Part shown: positions 8,637-16,893 of the stretch, one piece after another | Position numbering within the stretch: position 1 is the first letter of the stretch | Layout: each line of letters opens with the position of its first letter | From: a bacterium | Lineage (GTDB): Bacteria > Patescibacteriota > Dojkabacteria > JAKAPS01 > JAJZLI01 | NCBI GenBank assembly: GCA_021791275.1 | Contig: JAJYWX010000028.1 | Coordinates: 11,582-67,748 of the forward strand | DNA: 56,167 nt | Direction of reading: 5' to 3' | Notes under the pieces: generated by a model | The model's database searches: none | Seen by the model: the letters and a program-made list of their open reading frames with translations, nothing else | Told to the model about the DNA's origin: nothing | Position numbers and translations under genes: made by a program

Positions 8637-8928
8637 AAGGAATGTATATTTCAGTAAAGATAGGTATGTTCATGCCAAAATGGTAATAATTGATAAGGGT
8701 AAAGGGAGTGAAAGAGCAATATTTGGATCACATAATTTTTCTACATTTGGGGTACTTTTTGGGACTAAAGAGATATCACTTTTAACTAGGAACAAACAGG
8801 TTATAGATATGCTATATCTCTGGTATAATAGTATAAAGCCTGAAGACAATAAATTAGTTAAATACGCTACTCCAGCCCAATCGAGCAAACATATTTAGGT
8901 AGTTAGCATTTTCAGAAGATGATATTTT
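8637..8928 (+). pseudogene. Repeat X, copy 2: detached 3' fragment of the PLD gene (encodes ...NVYFSKDRYVHAKMVIIDKGKGSERAIFGSHNFS...SSKHI*)
   Basis: It matches 5239-5530 over the full 292 bp. It has no upstream ATG in frame other than the internal Met of HAKM (track ORF 8680..8898). Confidence 0.8.
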
Positions 8929-9756
8929 CGCAGTATAGTATATAAAGGTAAAATATTTTCCCTGAGATATTTTTACTTCTATACTTGCAGCTCCAAGACC
9001 ATATTTTAAATAATAAATTACGTTATGGTATATTATAAGTCCATCAACTGTAAAAGGTATATATCCCCAAGAATTAAATTTTGAAATATAATAATTTAGT
9101 ATCTGAGTATCCGTAGGCTGGTTCACTTTATTTATTATTGCAATACCCTTTATCTCTTCTACCGGTATATTATATTGAGAGTGTATTACATTAAGATAAT
9201 TAGATTTAAAAAAATAAAATTGTGTACTTGTAATTTCAGGTACACTGCTAAATTGTAGAGATGAAAGAACATTTTTCATATCTGTGTAAGAGAAAGGATA
9301 TGGGGAAGCAACTTCTTTTGATATGAATAAAGATTGTACATCTTTTTCTATTTTTGAAGGTATAAATATTATCTCCTCAGTGGTATTTTTAACTTTTGCA
9401 TACTCTACGATACTGTTGTCTTTATTTAGTATTATATTATTTTCATTGATTTGGTAATTCCAATTTTTATGAATATAGTAAAGTAGTGTGGGAATTTCAA
9501 TTGAATTGAAATTTTTTTGAAGATATGTTTTTAATACTAATCCTTTTGCACTAGAGCTGACTTGCTCAGTTCCTTTAAGGGGTATATTCAGTGGATTATA
9601 TATTGCTACTATAGGAGTATAGTTTATTTTTGTGATGCTTTTCTGAGTATTTATTATTTGAGGAATTTTTATAGTTTTTGTAAATATTAGTGTCACTATT
9701 GCCAAATAGAGTATTATTATGAATGCAAAAAACAGAAATTTTTTTTTCTTTCTCAT
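8854..9756 (-). CDS. hypothetical membrane-anchored or secreted protein (300 aa)
   Basis: Complete ORF with N-terminal MRKKKKFLFFAFIIILYLAIVTLIF as a signal or anchor. The last roughly 25 codons (about 8854-8928) are encoded antisense inside repeat X copy 2. Confidence 0.6.
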   Translation of the reverse strand: MRKKKKFLFFAFIIILYLAIVTLIFTKTIKIPQIINTQKSITKINYTPIVAIYNPLNIPLKGTEQVSSSAKGLVLKTYLQKNFNSIEIPTLLYYIHKNWNYQINENNIILNKDNSIVEYAKVKNTTEEIIFIPSKIEKDVQSLFISKEVASPYPFSYTDMKNVLSSLQFSSVPEITSTQFYFFKSNYLNVIHSQYNIPVEEIKGIAIINKVNQPTDTQILNYYISKFNSWGYIPFTVDGLIIYHNVIYYLKYGLGAASIEVKISQGKYFTFIYYTAKISSSENANYLNMFARLGWSSVFN

Positions 9757-9823
9757 TATTATAGATATTATACATAAAAATCTTTTATATCAAAAGAAAC
9801 TTTGATATACTCTATTAAATTGA

Positions 9824-9911
9824 GGAGAGGTACCCAAGAGGCTGAAGGGGAGGGTTTGCTAAACCCTTAGGAGGAGAAATCCTCGCGAGAGTTCGAATCT
9901 CTCTCTCTCCG
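9824..9911 (+). tRNA. tRNA-Ser (anticodon GCU), type II
   Basis: GGAGAGGTACCCAAGAGGCTGAAGGGG-AGGGT-TTGCTAA-ACCCT, then the variable arm TAGGAGGAGAAATCCTCGC, then GAGAGTTCGAATCTCTCTCTCTCCG. Confidence 0.88.
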
Positions 9912-9954
9912 AATAAATATTTTTATATCTTTACCTTAATGTACTGACTCTCTA

Positions 9955-10086
9955 TATATTTAATATTTGGCTATTTGGTGGTATAATGTCCGGGTGAATA
10001 ATTTTGAAGGTGAACAATTCCTGCACGGAATGGATAGTACACTGCATACCTCTGTACCGGTGGAACATAGCCAATCTCAAAGACCT
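9955..10086 (+). repeat. 132-bp leader repeat, copy B
   Basis: Matches 5532-5663, including TGgTATAAT (9979-9987) and the ATG (10030) that corresponds to ATG 5607. Confidence 0.9.
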
Positions 10087-10543
10087 CGATCTTAATCATT
10101 TGCGTTCTGCTAAAGGGGTACGATTTCCCAAAAATGTGGGATGGAATCTTGATCTTGGCCGTTTAGAATCTGCAGATGGGGTACAATTACCAGAAAGTGT
10201 GGGATGGAATCTTGATCTTGGCCGTTTAGAATCTGCAAAAGGGGTACGATTCCCTGAACATGTAGGAGGAAGTATTTATCTTGGTAATTTAGAATCTGCT
10301 GAGGGGTTACAATTACCAGAACATGTAGGAAGGAATCTTGATCTTAGACATTTGCGTTCTGCTAAAGAGGTACGATTCCCTGGAAATGTAGGAGGAAATC
10401 TTAATCTTAGTCGTTTAGAATCTGCAGAGGGTTTACGATTCCCTGAACATGTAGGAGGAAGTATTTATCTTTTTAGTTTAAAATCTACTGAAGGATTAAA
10501 TCTTCTAAGGATTAGGAAGGGCGTGTTTGCATTGGTGAATTAA
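10004..10543 (+). pseudogene. LRR-B: truncated paralogue or possible silent cassette (leader fused directly to 6 x 63-bp LRR units plus cap; N-terminal domain absent)
   Basis: LRR units run 10091-10468 with the cap at 10469-10540. In the frame used by LRR-A (TTG 9967 / ATG 10030), translation stops at TAA 10093-10095. The LRR frame is reachable only from TTG 10004, which is the track ORF. Confidence 0.55.
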
Positions 10544-10602
10544 GGTTATAGATTTATCAAAATGGTAAAAAATTGCTGAAAAGATATTCTCTGTACTTAT
10601 TA

Positions 10603-10862
10603 AAAGGAATGTATATTTCAGTAAAGATAGGTATGTTCATGCCAAAATGGTAATAATTGATAAGGGGAAAGAGAGTGAAAGGGCAATATTTGGATCACAT
10701 AATTTTTCTACATTTGGGGTACTTTTTGGAACTAAAGAGATATCACTTTTAACTAGGAACAAACAGGTTATAGATATGCTATATCTCTGGTATAATAGTA
10801 TAAAGCCTGAAGACAATAAATTAGTTAAATACTCTACTCCAACCCAATCGAGCAAACATATT
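10603..10862 (+). pseudogene. Repeat X, copy 3: detached 3' fragment of the PLD gene
   Basis: Matches 5239-5498. It encodes ...HAKMVIIDKGKESERAIFGSHNFS...YSTPTQSSKHI and diverges immediately after caaacatatt. Confidence 0.8.
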
Positions 10863-11047
10863 ATTGTATATATTTTGAAATTGATGAGGTTTTTTGGTAA
10901 AATGCGTGAGATATGTCTGATATAATTAATATGTTAACTGATGTTTTAGTAAGTTTTCTTACTTGCGGTACTGCCATGGTGGTCCTCTTTATTGCCATAG
11001 CAATTACTCTTTCGATTTTTGTACATGCACATATACATTTATAAGAT

Positions 11048-11509
11048 ATGTCAGGAGTAGAGACTAGAATAAAAGAAGATTGTAATGAATATACATGTTC
11101 TCCTTATGAGGCAATTTTGTGTGTTGCTATTGCTACAGGGTTAATTAAAAATAGATCTGAGGCTCATAGTTTAAAAGATGGTAAAATCAGGTATGGTAAT
11201 GAGGATCTGGATCTTCATAATTTTGAAGATGTCTTAAAACTATTAGACTATTTAGTTTTAGATATGGAAGAGCTTTTATCGCGTACAAATTTTTCTGATG
11301 AAGATCAAATCCTTCCATTCTTACCCCTTTTGGATAGAGGATATTTTCAAACTTTGAGAGATAATTTGGAGGAAATACACTCTAAGGGTTTTTCTAATAC
11401 TTCATATCCATTAATTTTGAATGGAAAAAGCATCATAATACGACTTCCTAGAGAAGATGTGAGAAATATTCAATCATATGTTGAAAATGCATTAGATGAT
11501 ATGGTTTGA
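11048..11509 (+). CDS. hypothetical protein (153 aa, acidic)
   Basis: Complete ORF in the track. I recognised no motif. Confidence 0.5.
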   Translation: MSGVETRIKEDCNEYTCSPYEAILCVAIATGLIKNRSEAHSLKDGKIRYGNEDLDLHNFEDVLKLLDYLVLDMEELLSRTNFSDEDQILPFLPLLDRGYFQTLRDNLEEIHSKGFSNTSYPLILNGKSIIIRLPREDVRNIQSYVENALDDMV

Positions 11510-11521
11510 TTTGATATATTA

Positions 11522-12085
11522 TTGATATATAATATACATAAAATGATATTCAATATAGAAGGTATACCCATTAGTTATTCTGTTAATTATTCTAGAAGAT
11601 CAAAGAGTATAAAAATTTCAATTTATAAGGACAATACTTTAAGAGTAACAGTTCCTAAATATAGGAGGAATATTAGTATCGAGAAAGTATTATTAGAGAA
11701 GAAGGATTGGATTTTATCTGCAATTTCAGAAAATAAAAATGTAATAAAAATAGAAGACGTTAAAGATTACGATCTTTTTAAAAAGGACTATTTAAAGTAT
11801 ATAAAAAAGAGGGTAGACTACTACAATACATTCTATAATCTTGAATATAAGAATATTAGTATACGTCGTTCAAAGACTAGGTGGGGTAGCTGTTCTGTAA
11901 AGAATAATTTGAATTTTAACTATAAAATATACTATCTCCCCCAACCTCTTTCAGATTATGTCATAGTACATGAGATTTGCCATTTAATGGAGTTTAATCA
12001 TTCTAAAAATTTTTGGAATTTAGTTGAAAAAACAATTCCAGACTATAAAGAAATTAAAAAGAGATTAAAGGGCTATTCTCTTTAG
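11522..12085 (+). CDS. YgjP/DUF45-type (M48-like) metal-dependent hydrolase
   Basis: HEICHLMEFNHSKNFW is the HExxH...NHS..FW signature of the YgjP/DUF45 family. The track start is TTG 11522, but ATG 11543 (MIFNIEG...) is the more likely start. Confidence 0.7.
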   Translation: MIYNIHKMIFNIEGIPISYSVNYSRRSKSIKISIYKDNTLRVTVPKYRRNISIEKVLLEKKDWILSAISENKNVIKIEDVKDYDLFKKDYLKYIKKRVDYYNTFYNLEYKNISIRRSKTRWGSCSVKNNLNFNYKIYYLPQPLSDYVIVHEICHLMEFNHSKNFWNLVEKTIPDYKEIKKRLKGYSL

Positions 12086-12153
12086 TGTAAAAATGTTATA
12101 TAATAAGGCAAAGATAAGGACTACAAAAATTCTGTCCATATTGTATATTGTAT

Positions 12154-12182
12154 TTGCAATATGTTCTGTTTATTTGTATAAT
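12154..12182 (+). promoter_or_regulatory. candidate sigma-70 promoter of the tuf/ribosomal-protein operon
   Basis: TTGCAA (12154-12159), a 17-nt spacer, then TATAAT (12177-12182) preceded by TG. It lies about 30 nt upstream of the tuf ATG. Confidence 0.5.
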
Positions 12183-12212
12183 TCTTTTGTTTAATTTAGT
12201 TTATTTGAATAT

Positions 12213-13412
12213 ATGGCATCTTTTGATAGAACAAAACCACACAAAAATGTTGGAACAATAGGTCATGTTGACCATGGTAAAACAACATTAACAGCAGCAA
12301 TACTTAAGGTTCTTGGCGCAGCAGGGTTTGCAGCACAAAATAAGGACGTTAATAATCTTGATAGTGCTCCAGAAGAAAAAGCAAGAGGGGTTACTATTGC
12401 TACAGCTCATACTGAGTATGAGACTCAAAATTTTCACTATGCACATGTAGATTGTCCTGGACACGCAGATTATGTAAAAAATATGATTACAGGTGCAGCT
12501 CAAATGGATGGCGCAATCTTGGTTGTAGCAGCTACTGATGGCCCTATGCCTCAAACTCGAGAGCACATACTTTTAGCAAGACAAGTAGGTGTTCCTAAAA
12601 TTGTTGTATTTTTAAATAAAATAGATCAAGTTGATGATCCTGAGCTTGTTGATTTAGTCGAATTGGAGGTAAGAGAACTTTTGACTAAATATGAATTTAA
12701 TGGTGATGAGACTCCTATAATAAGGGGTAGTGCACTTAAGGCTTTGGAGCATGCTTGTGGTAAAGAAGATTGCGAGTGGTGTGGCCCTATATTGAAATTA
12801 ATGCAAAATGTAGATGACTACATTCCTATTCCAGAAAGAGAAGTAGATAAACCATTTTTGATGCCAGTTGAAGATGTATTTTCAATTGAAGGAAGAGGTA
12901 CAGTTGCAACAGGTAGGGTTGAAAGAGGTACTCTTAAATCAGGTGAAGAGATTGAGATTATAGGGCTTAGGGATGATATTAGAAAAACTGTAGTTACTGG
13001 AATTGAAATGTTTAATAAATCTCTAGATTCAGCTCAGGCTGGTGATAACGTAGGATTGCTTTTAAGAGGGTTAAAAAGAGAAGAAATTCAAAGAGGAGAA
13101 GTTGTTGCTAAACCTGGTAGTGTTACTCCTCATACAGAATTCGAAAGTGAGGTTTATATATTGAATAAGGAAGAAGGTGGAAGACATTCACAATTTGTAT
13201 CTGGTTATAGACCTCAATTCTATATCAGAACAACAGATGTTACTGGTGAGATTCAACTTCCAGATGGTGTTGAGTGTGCCTTACCGGGAGATAACTTAAA
13301 GATGAATGTAAGATTGATTACTCCTGTAGCATTAGAAGAAGGTTTGAGGTTTGCTATAAGAGAGGGAGGTAGAACTGTTGGTGCTGGAGTAATAACTAAG
13401 ATAGTTAAGTAA
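12213..13412 (+). CDS. tuf: elongation factor Tu
   Basis: [18 protein letters not shown] and NKID G-motifs; collinear with EF-Tu along the full length. Confidence 0.98.
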   Translation: MASFDRTKPHKNVGTIGHVDHGKTTLTAAILKVLGAAGFAAQNKDVNNLDSAPEEKARGVTIATAHTEYETQNFHYAHVDCPGHADYVKNMITGAAQMDGAILVVAATDGPMPQTREHILLARQVGVPKIVVFLNKIDQVDDPELVDLVELEVRELLTKYEFNGDETPIIRGSALKALEHACGKEDCEWCGPILKLMQNVDDYIPIPEREVDKPFLMPVEDVFSIEGRGTVATGRVERGTLKSGEEIEIIGLRDDIRKTVVTGIEMFNKSLDSAQAGDNVGLLLRGLKREEIQRGEVVAKPGSVTPHTEFESEVYILNKEEGGRHSQFVSGYRPQFYIRTTDVTGEIQLPDGVECALPGDNLKMNVRLITPVALEEGLRFAIREGGRTVGAGVITKIVK

Positions 13413-13434
13413 GCTCTTTTTAAGTATATTATTT

Positions 13435-13737
13435 ATGGATAAAAAAATAAGGGTAAAATTAAAGGGATTTGATATCGAAGTTCTGGATAAGTCTGCACAA
13501 AAGATTATAGATGCAGCAATATCTTCTGGGGCTAGGACATCGGGTCCCATTCCCTTACCTACGTCTGTAAAAAAATATACAGTAAATAGGTCTCCGCATA
13601 TTGATAAAAGATCTATGGAGACTTTTGAGATGAGGGTACACAAAAGACTTATTGATATACTGTCCCCTACGGGTAAAACTATAGATACATTGACACATTT
13701 ACAGCTTCCTGTTGGTGTTGGTATCGAGATTAAGTAG
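13435..13737 (+). CDS. rpsJ: 30S ribosomal protein S10
   Basis: IRVKLKGFD...SGPIPLPT...RSPHIDKRS, and its position after tuf. Confidence 0.95.
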   Translation: MDKKIRVKLKGFDIEVLDKSAQKIIDAAISSGARTSGPIPLPTSVKKYTVNRSPHIDKRSMETFEMRVHKRLIDILSPTGKTIDTLTHLQLPVGVGIEIK

Positions 13738-13762
13738 TAATTTATATATATTAATTATTTTT

Positions 13763-13785
13763 AGAAGGTTAACCTTCTTTTTTAT
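13763..13785 (+). terminator. short hairpin plus T-tract between rpsJ and rplC (possible attenuator)
   Basis: AGAAGG-TTAA-CCTTCT followed by TTTTTATT. The stem is only 6 bp. Confidence 0.25.
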
Positions 13786-13789
13786 TGTT

Positions 13790-14374
13790 ATGAAAGGAAT
13801 ATTAGGTATAAAACAAGATATGTCTCAGATTTTTAAAGAGAGCGGAGAAGTAATTCCTATTACCTTGATAGATACTTCTGATTGTTTCTTGTGTTATGAA
13901 AAAGATGAGGATATAAAAATTCTTGGATTAAAAGTAAAGAAAAATCCTAATAAGCCGGAGATTGGTAAATATAGGAAGGTAAAAAAAGTTCCTAGATTTG
14001 CAAAAGAATTTAGGGGATTAGAAAATTTATCTTTAGGAGATAAGGTTAATCCTAGTATATTTGAGATTGGAGAAAAGGTTAAAGTTTCTGGTGTTACTAA
14101 AGGAAAGGGGTTTGCAGGTGTTGTTAAAAGATGGGGATTTGCAGGAGGGCCAAAAACGCATGGTCAATCTGATAAACATAGGCATGGAGGATCTATTGGA
14201 TCGGGTACAACTCCTGGAAATGTAAAAAAGGGTAAAAAAATGCCAGGTAGACAAGGTAATGATAAGAAAACAATAAAAAACATTGAGGTTGTTGGAGTTA
14301 AAGATAATCTTTTGCTTTTAAAAGGTTCAGTTCCTGGGGCTAGAGGAAGTTTAGTAGTTATAGAATCATTATGA
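13790..14374 (+). CDS. rplC: 50S ribosomal protein L3
   Basis: MKGILGIKQDM...KGKGFAGVVKRWGFAGGPKTHGQSDKHRHGGSIG. The track ORF extends to an upstream non-ATG start at 13712, which overlaps rpsJ and is unlikely. Confidence 0.93.
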   Translation: MKGILGIKQDMSQIFKESGEVIPITLIDTSDCFLCYEKDEDIKILGLKVKKNPNKPEIGKYRKVKKVPRFAKEFRGLENLSLGDKVNPSIFEIGEKVKVSGVTKGKGFAGVVKRWGFAGGPKTHGQSDKHRHGGSIGSGTTPGNVKKGKKMPGRQGNDKKTIKNIEVVGVKDNLLLLKGSVPGARGSLVVIESL

Positions 14375-15003
14375 AGGTAGATGTATTGACCCAAAAGGGT
14401 AATAAATCAAGTAAGAAAATTGAAATCAAGGATTCAGTGTTTTCTGCTGATATGAACAAATCATTGATGGATCAATATGTCTATGTTCATCTTATAAATG
14501 TAAGGCAGGGAACAAGATCTACTAAAGGTAGGGGTGAGGTTACTGGTACAGGAAGAAAACCTTGGAAGAATAACAAGGTCGCAATGGCAAGGGCTGGGGA
14601 TAGAAAATCTAATATATTTAGATCTGGTGGAGTTTCTCATGGACCTAAGCCTAGGGTTTTTGAAGCTCTAATGCCCAAAAAAATGAGAAGAAAAGCTCTA
14701 TATTCATCACTATCATTACAAATGAAAGATGGGAAAATTCTATTTTTAGATAATATGAAATTTAAAAAAGAAAAGTTAACTAAACAGGCTGTAGACTTCA
14801 TAAAAGATTTTTCTTTAGATGGAGAGAAAGTATTAATAATAACTCCTGCAAAAGATGATGATATAAAAAAGGCTTTCTCTAATATTCAAAAATTTAAGGT
14901 TTTGGCTTCCCCGTTTATTAATACCTATGATATTTTAAATTCAAAGAAAATATTAATATTAAAGGATTCTTTAGAAGGTATTCCTGGGTATAAGGAGGTA
15001 TAA
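14371..15003 (+). CDS. rplD: 50S ribosomal protein L4
   Basis: GTGRKPWKNNKVAMARAGDRKSNIFRSGGVSHGPKP, and operon order. Confidence 0.93.
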   Translation: MKVDVLTQKGNKSSKKIEIKDSVFSADMNKSLMDQYVYVHLINVRQGTRSTKGRGEVTGTGRKPWKNNKVAMARAGDRKSNIFRSGGVSHGPKPRVFEALMPKKMRRKALYSSLSLQMKDGKILFLDNMKFKKEKLTKQAVDFIKDFSLDGEKVLIITPAKDDDIKKAFSNIQKFKVLASPFINTYDILNSKKILILKDSLEGIPGYKEV

Positions 15004-15005
15004 TT

Positions 15006-15383
15006 ATGAGAAGAAGTGATGTATTAATAAGACCAATAATTTCAGAAAAAATATTAAAAGGGGTACAGGCTGGTTGGTATGGTTTTGTTGTAGACAGAAG
15101 ATCTGATAAAATTGGAGTTAAAAGTGCAGTAGAGTCAGCTTTCGGAGTGGATGTTATTGAAATAAGACTTCTTTCTAAAAAAGGTAAAAAAGTTAGAGAT
15201 ATAAATATAAAAAATAGACTAGTAAAAAACAAAAGAACTGACCTTAAGAAAGCTTATGTAAAATTGAAATCGGGACAGGTGATTAATCTTTTAGGTGATG
15301 AATCAGATGAAAAAGGCAAGAAAAAAACAAAAGCAAAGGAGAATAAAAAATTAGAAAATAATAGAAATGAAAGTAAAGAATAG
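15006..15383 (+). CDS. rplW: 50S ribosomal protein L23 (with lysine-rich C-terminal tail)
   Basis: IRPIISEK..., operon order, and an AAGGAGG Shine-Dalgarno just upstream. Confidence 0.9.
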   Translation: MRRSDVLIRPIISEKILKGVQAGWYGFVVDRRSDKIGVKSAVESAFGVDVIEIRLLSKKGKKVRDINIKNRLVKNKRTDLKKAYVKLKSGQVINLLGDESDEKGKKKTKAKENKKLENNRNESKE

Positions 15384-15387
15384 TAAT

Positions 15388-16218
15388 ATGAAAATGTACA
15401 ACCCAGTAACGCCTACACTTAGGCATACTGTTTTAGTATCTAAAGATGGAGTAAGGAAAAATAATCCTGAAAAATCTCTTTTAAGGAAATTAAAAAAACA
15501 CTCAGGTAGAAATTCCAGAGGAGTTGTTACTGTCAGGCATCAAGGTGGAGGTGTTAAAAGGATGTATAGGGTGATAGATTTTAAAAGGGATAAATATGAT
15601 GTACCTTCTAAAGTTTTCTCTTTAGAGTATGATCCAAATAGATCATCTAGAATAGCACTTTTACACTATACAGATGGGGAGAAAAGGTATATAATTGCAC
15701 CAGTTGGCCTAAAAGTCGGAGATACTATTTTATCTGGTGAAAATGCTCCTTTAGAAATTGGAAATTCATTGCCACTTAAAAATATTCCGATTGGATCAGA
15801 AATTTATAATATAGAGACAACTAAAGGTAGAGGCGGTATATTAGTAAGATCTGCAGGAGTTAGCGCAAAATTGCAATCTTTAGAAAATGGAATGGCTCTT
15901 ATTAAATTACCATCTGGAGAAGTCAGATATGTAAGGGATGAAAATTTCGCAACACTAGGTAGGGTAGGAAATACAGATCATGCCAATCAAAAGCTTGGAA
16001 AAGCTGGAAGGTCAAGATATTTAGGTATTAGACCATCAGTTAGGGGTATGGCAATGCATCCTAATCAGCACCCTCATGGAGGAGGAGAAGCTAAAGGACA
16101 AGTAGGAGGAATATCTAAAGATATGTGGGGTAATAGAAGAGGGACTAAGACTAGAAAAAACAAAAGAACTGATAAGTATATATTAATTACCAGAAAAGGT
16201 AGAAGAATGAAGAAATAA
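15388..16218 (+). CDS. rplB: 50S ribosomal protein L2
   Basis: [13 protein letters not shown]..., [17 protein letters not shown] and [12 protein letters not shown]. The track start at 15367 overlaps rplW, so ATG 15388 was chosen. Confidence 0.93.
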   Translation: MKMYNPVTPTLRHTVLVSKDGVRKNNPEKSLLRKLKKHSGRNSRGVVTVRHQGGGVKRMYRVIDFKRDKYDVPSKVFSLEYDPNRSSRIALLHYTDGEKRYIIAPVGLKVGDTILSGENAPLEIGNSLPLKNIPIGSEIYNIETTKGRGGILVRSAGVSAKLQSLENGMALIKLPSGEVRYVRDENFATLGRVGNTDHANQKLGKAGRSRYLGIRPSVRGMAMHPNQHPHGGGEAKGQVGGISKDMWGNRRGTKTRKNKRTDKYILITRKGRRMKK

Positions 16219-16219
16219 T

Positions 16220-16528
16220 ATGTCAAGATCAAGTAAAAAAGGTCCTTACGTGGACGAAAAATTATTAAAAAAAGTTTTGAAACAAAAAGAAAGTGGAGAA
16301 AATAAGCCTATAAAGACTTGGGCAAGAAGATCTACTATATCCCCTGAAATGGTAGGGTTTACAATCGCTATACATAATGGGAAAAATCATATACCAGTTT
16401 TAGTAAACGAGGCAATGGTGGGTCATAAATTGGGAGAATTTGCTATTACTAGGAATTTTAGAGGACATAGTAGAAAGGGTAAGATTGCTCAATCACAAGG
16501 TAGTATTGGAAGAGTGGAGGAGAAATAA
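16220..16528 (+). CDS. rpsS: 30S ribosomal protein S19
   Basis: [17 protein letters not shown]...HNGKNHIPV...GHKLGEF. Confidence 0.95.
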   Translation: MSRSSKKGPYVDEKLLKKVLKQKESGENKPIKTWARRSTISPEMVGFTIAIHNGKNHIPVLVNEAMVGHKLGEFAITRNFRGHSRKGKIAQSQGSIGRVEEK

Positions 16529-16530
16529 TT

Positions 16531-16893
16531 ATGGAAGATAAGAACATAGCTTTAGCTAAAATTAAAAATGTGAAGGGTTCTGCAAGAAAGACGAGATTAA
16601 TAGTTTCTGAAATAAAAAAATTGTCACCAGAAGAGGCTTTGGATACGTTAAAATTTATGAATTATAGGAATACTCCTGTATTAATAAGGGTTATAAAGAC
16701 AGCTTTAAATAATGCGGAATTGAAAAAAATGAATAAGCCTTATAAATTTGAGGAATTTAAGGTTGATGAGGGTATTACAAGGAAGGGAATAAGATTTGCG
16801 AAACGTGCACATGTTGCAATACTCAATAAAAGATATTGTAATATTACAGTTAAAATTAGTGAAAAAATAGATAAAGATGGGACACAAAGTTAA
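16531..16893 (+). CDS. rplV: 50S ribosomal protein L22
   Basis: Position between rpsS and rpsC. The sequence is L22-like (GSARKTRLIVSEIKK...). Confidence 0.9.
   Translation: MEDKNIALAKIKNVKGSARKTRLIVSEIKKLSPEEALDTLKFMNYRNTPVLIRVIKTALNNAELKKMNKPYKFEEFKVDEGITRKGIRFAKRAHVAILNKRYCNITVKISEKIDKDGTQS

Noticed and set aside
8600-10100. A tRNA-associated genomic island or mobile element around tRNA-Ser(GCU) next to LRR-B
   Set aside because: I could not recognise an integrase, transposase, inverted terminal repeats or a duplicated tRNA 3' end (att-like repeat). The repeats present are the leader and the PLD fragments, so I report it as a duplication/cassette locus rather than a mobile element.
5239-10862. 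Diversity-generating retroelement (TR/VR pair) as an explanation for the paired LRR copies, and likewise for the FN3 module pair at 46944/50523
   Set aside because: No reverse transcriptase or Avd-like ORF is present in the window. The differences between copies involve all four bases and whole-unit rearrangements rather than adenine-specific substitutions.
13712-13789. Upstream extensions of the track ORFs for rplC (13712), rplB (15367), rpmC (17921), rplE (19930) and the YgjP-like gene (11522)
   Set aside because: These extensions overlap the preceding genes and add residues not found in the conserved families, and several begin at non-ATG codons. Downstream ATGs placed right after the preceding stop give canonical N-termini.
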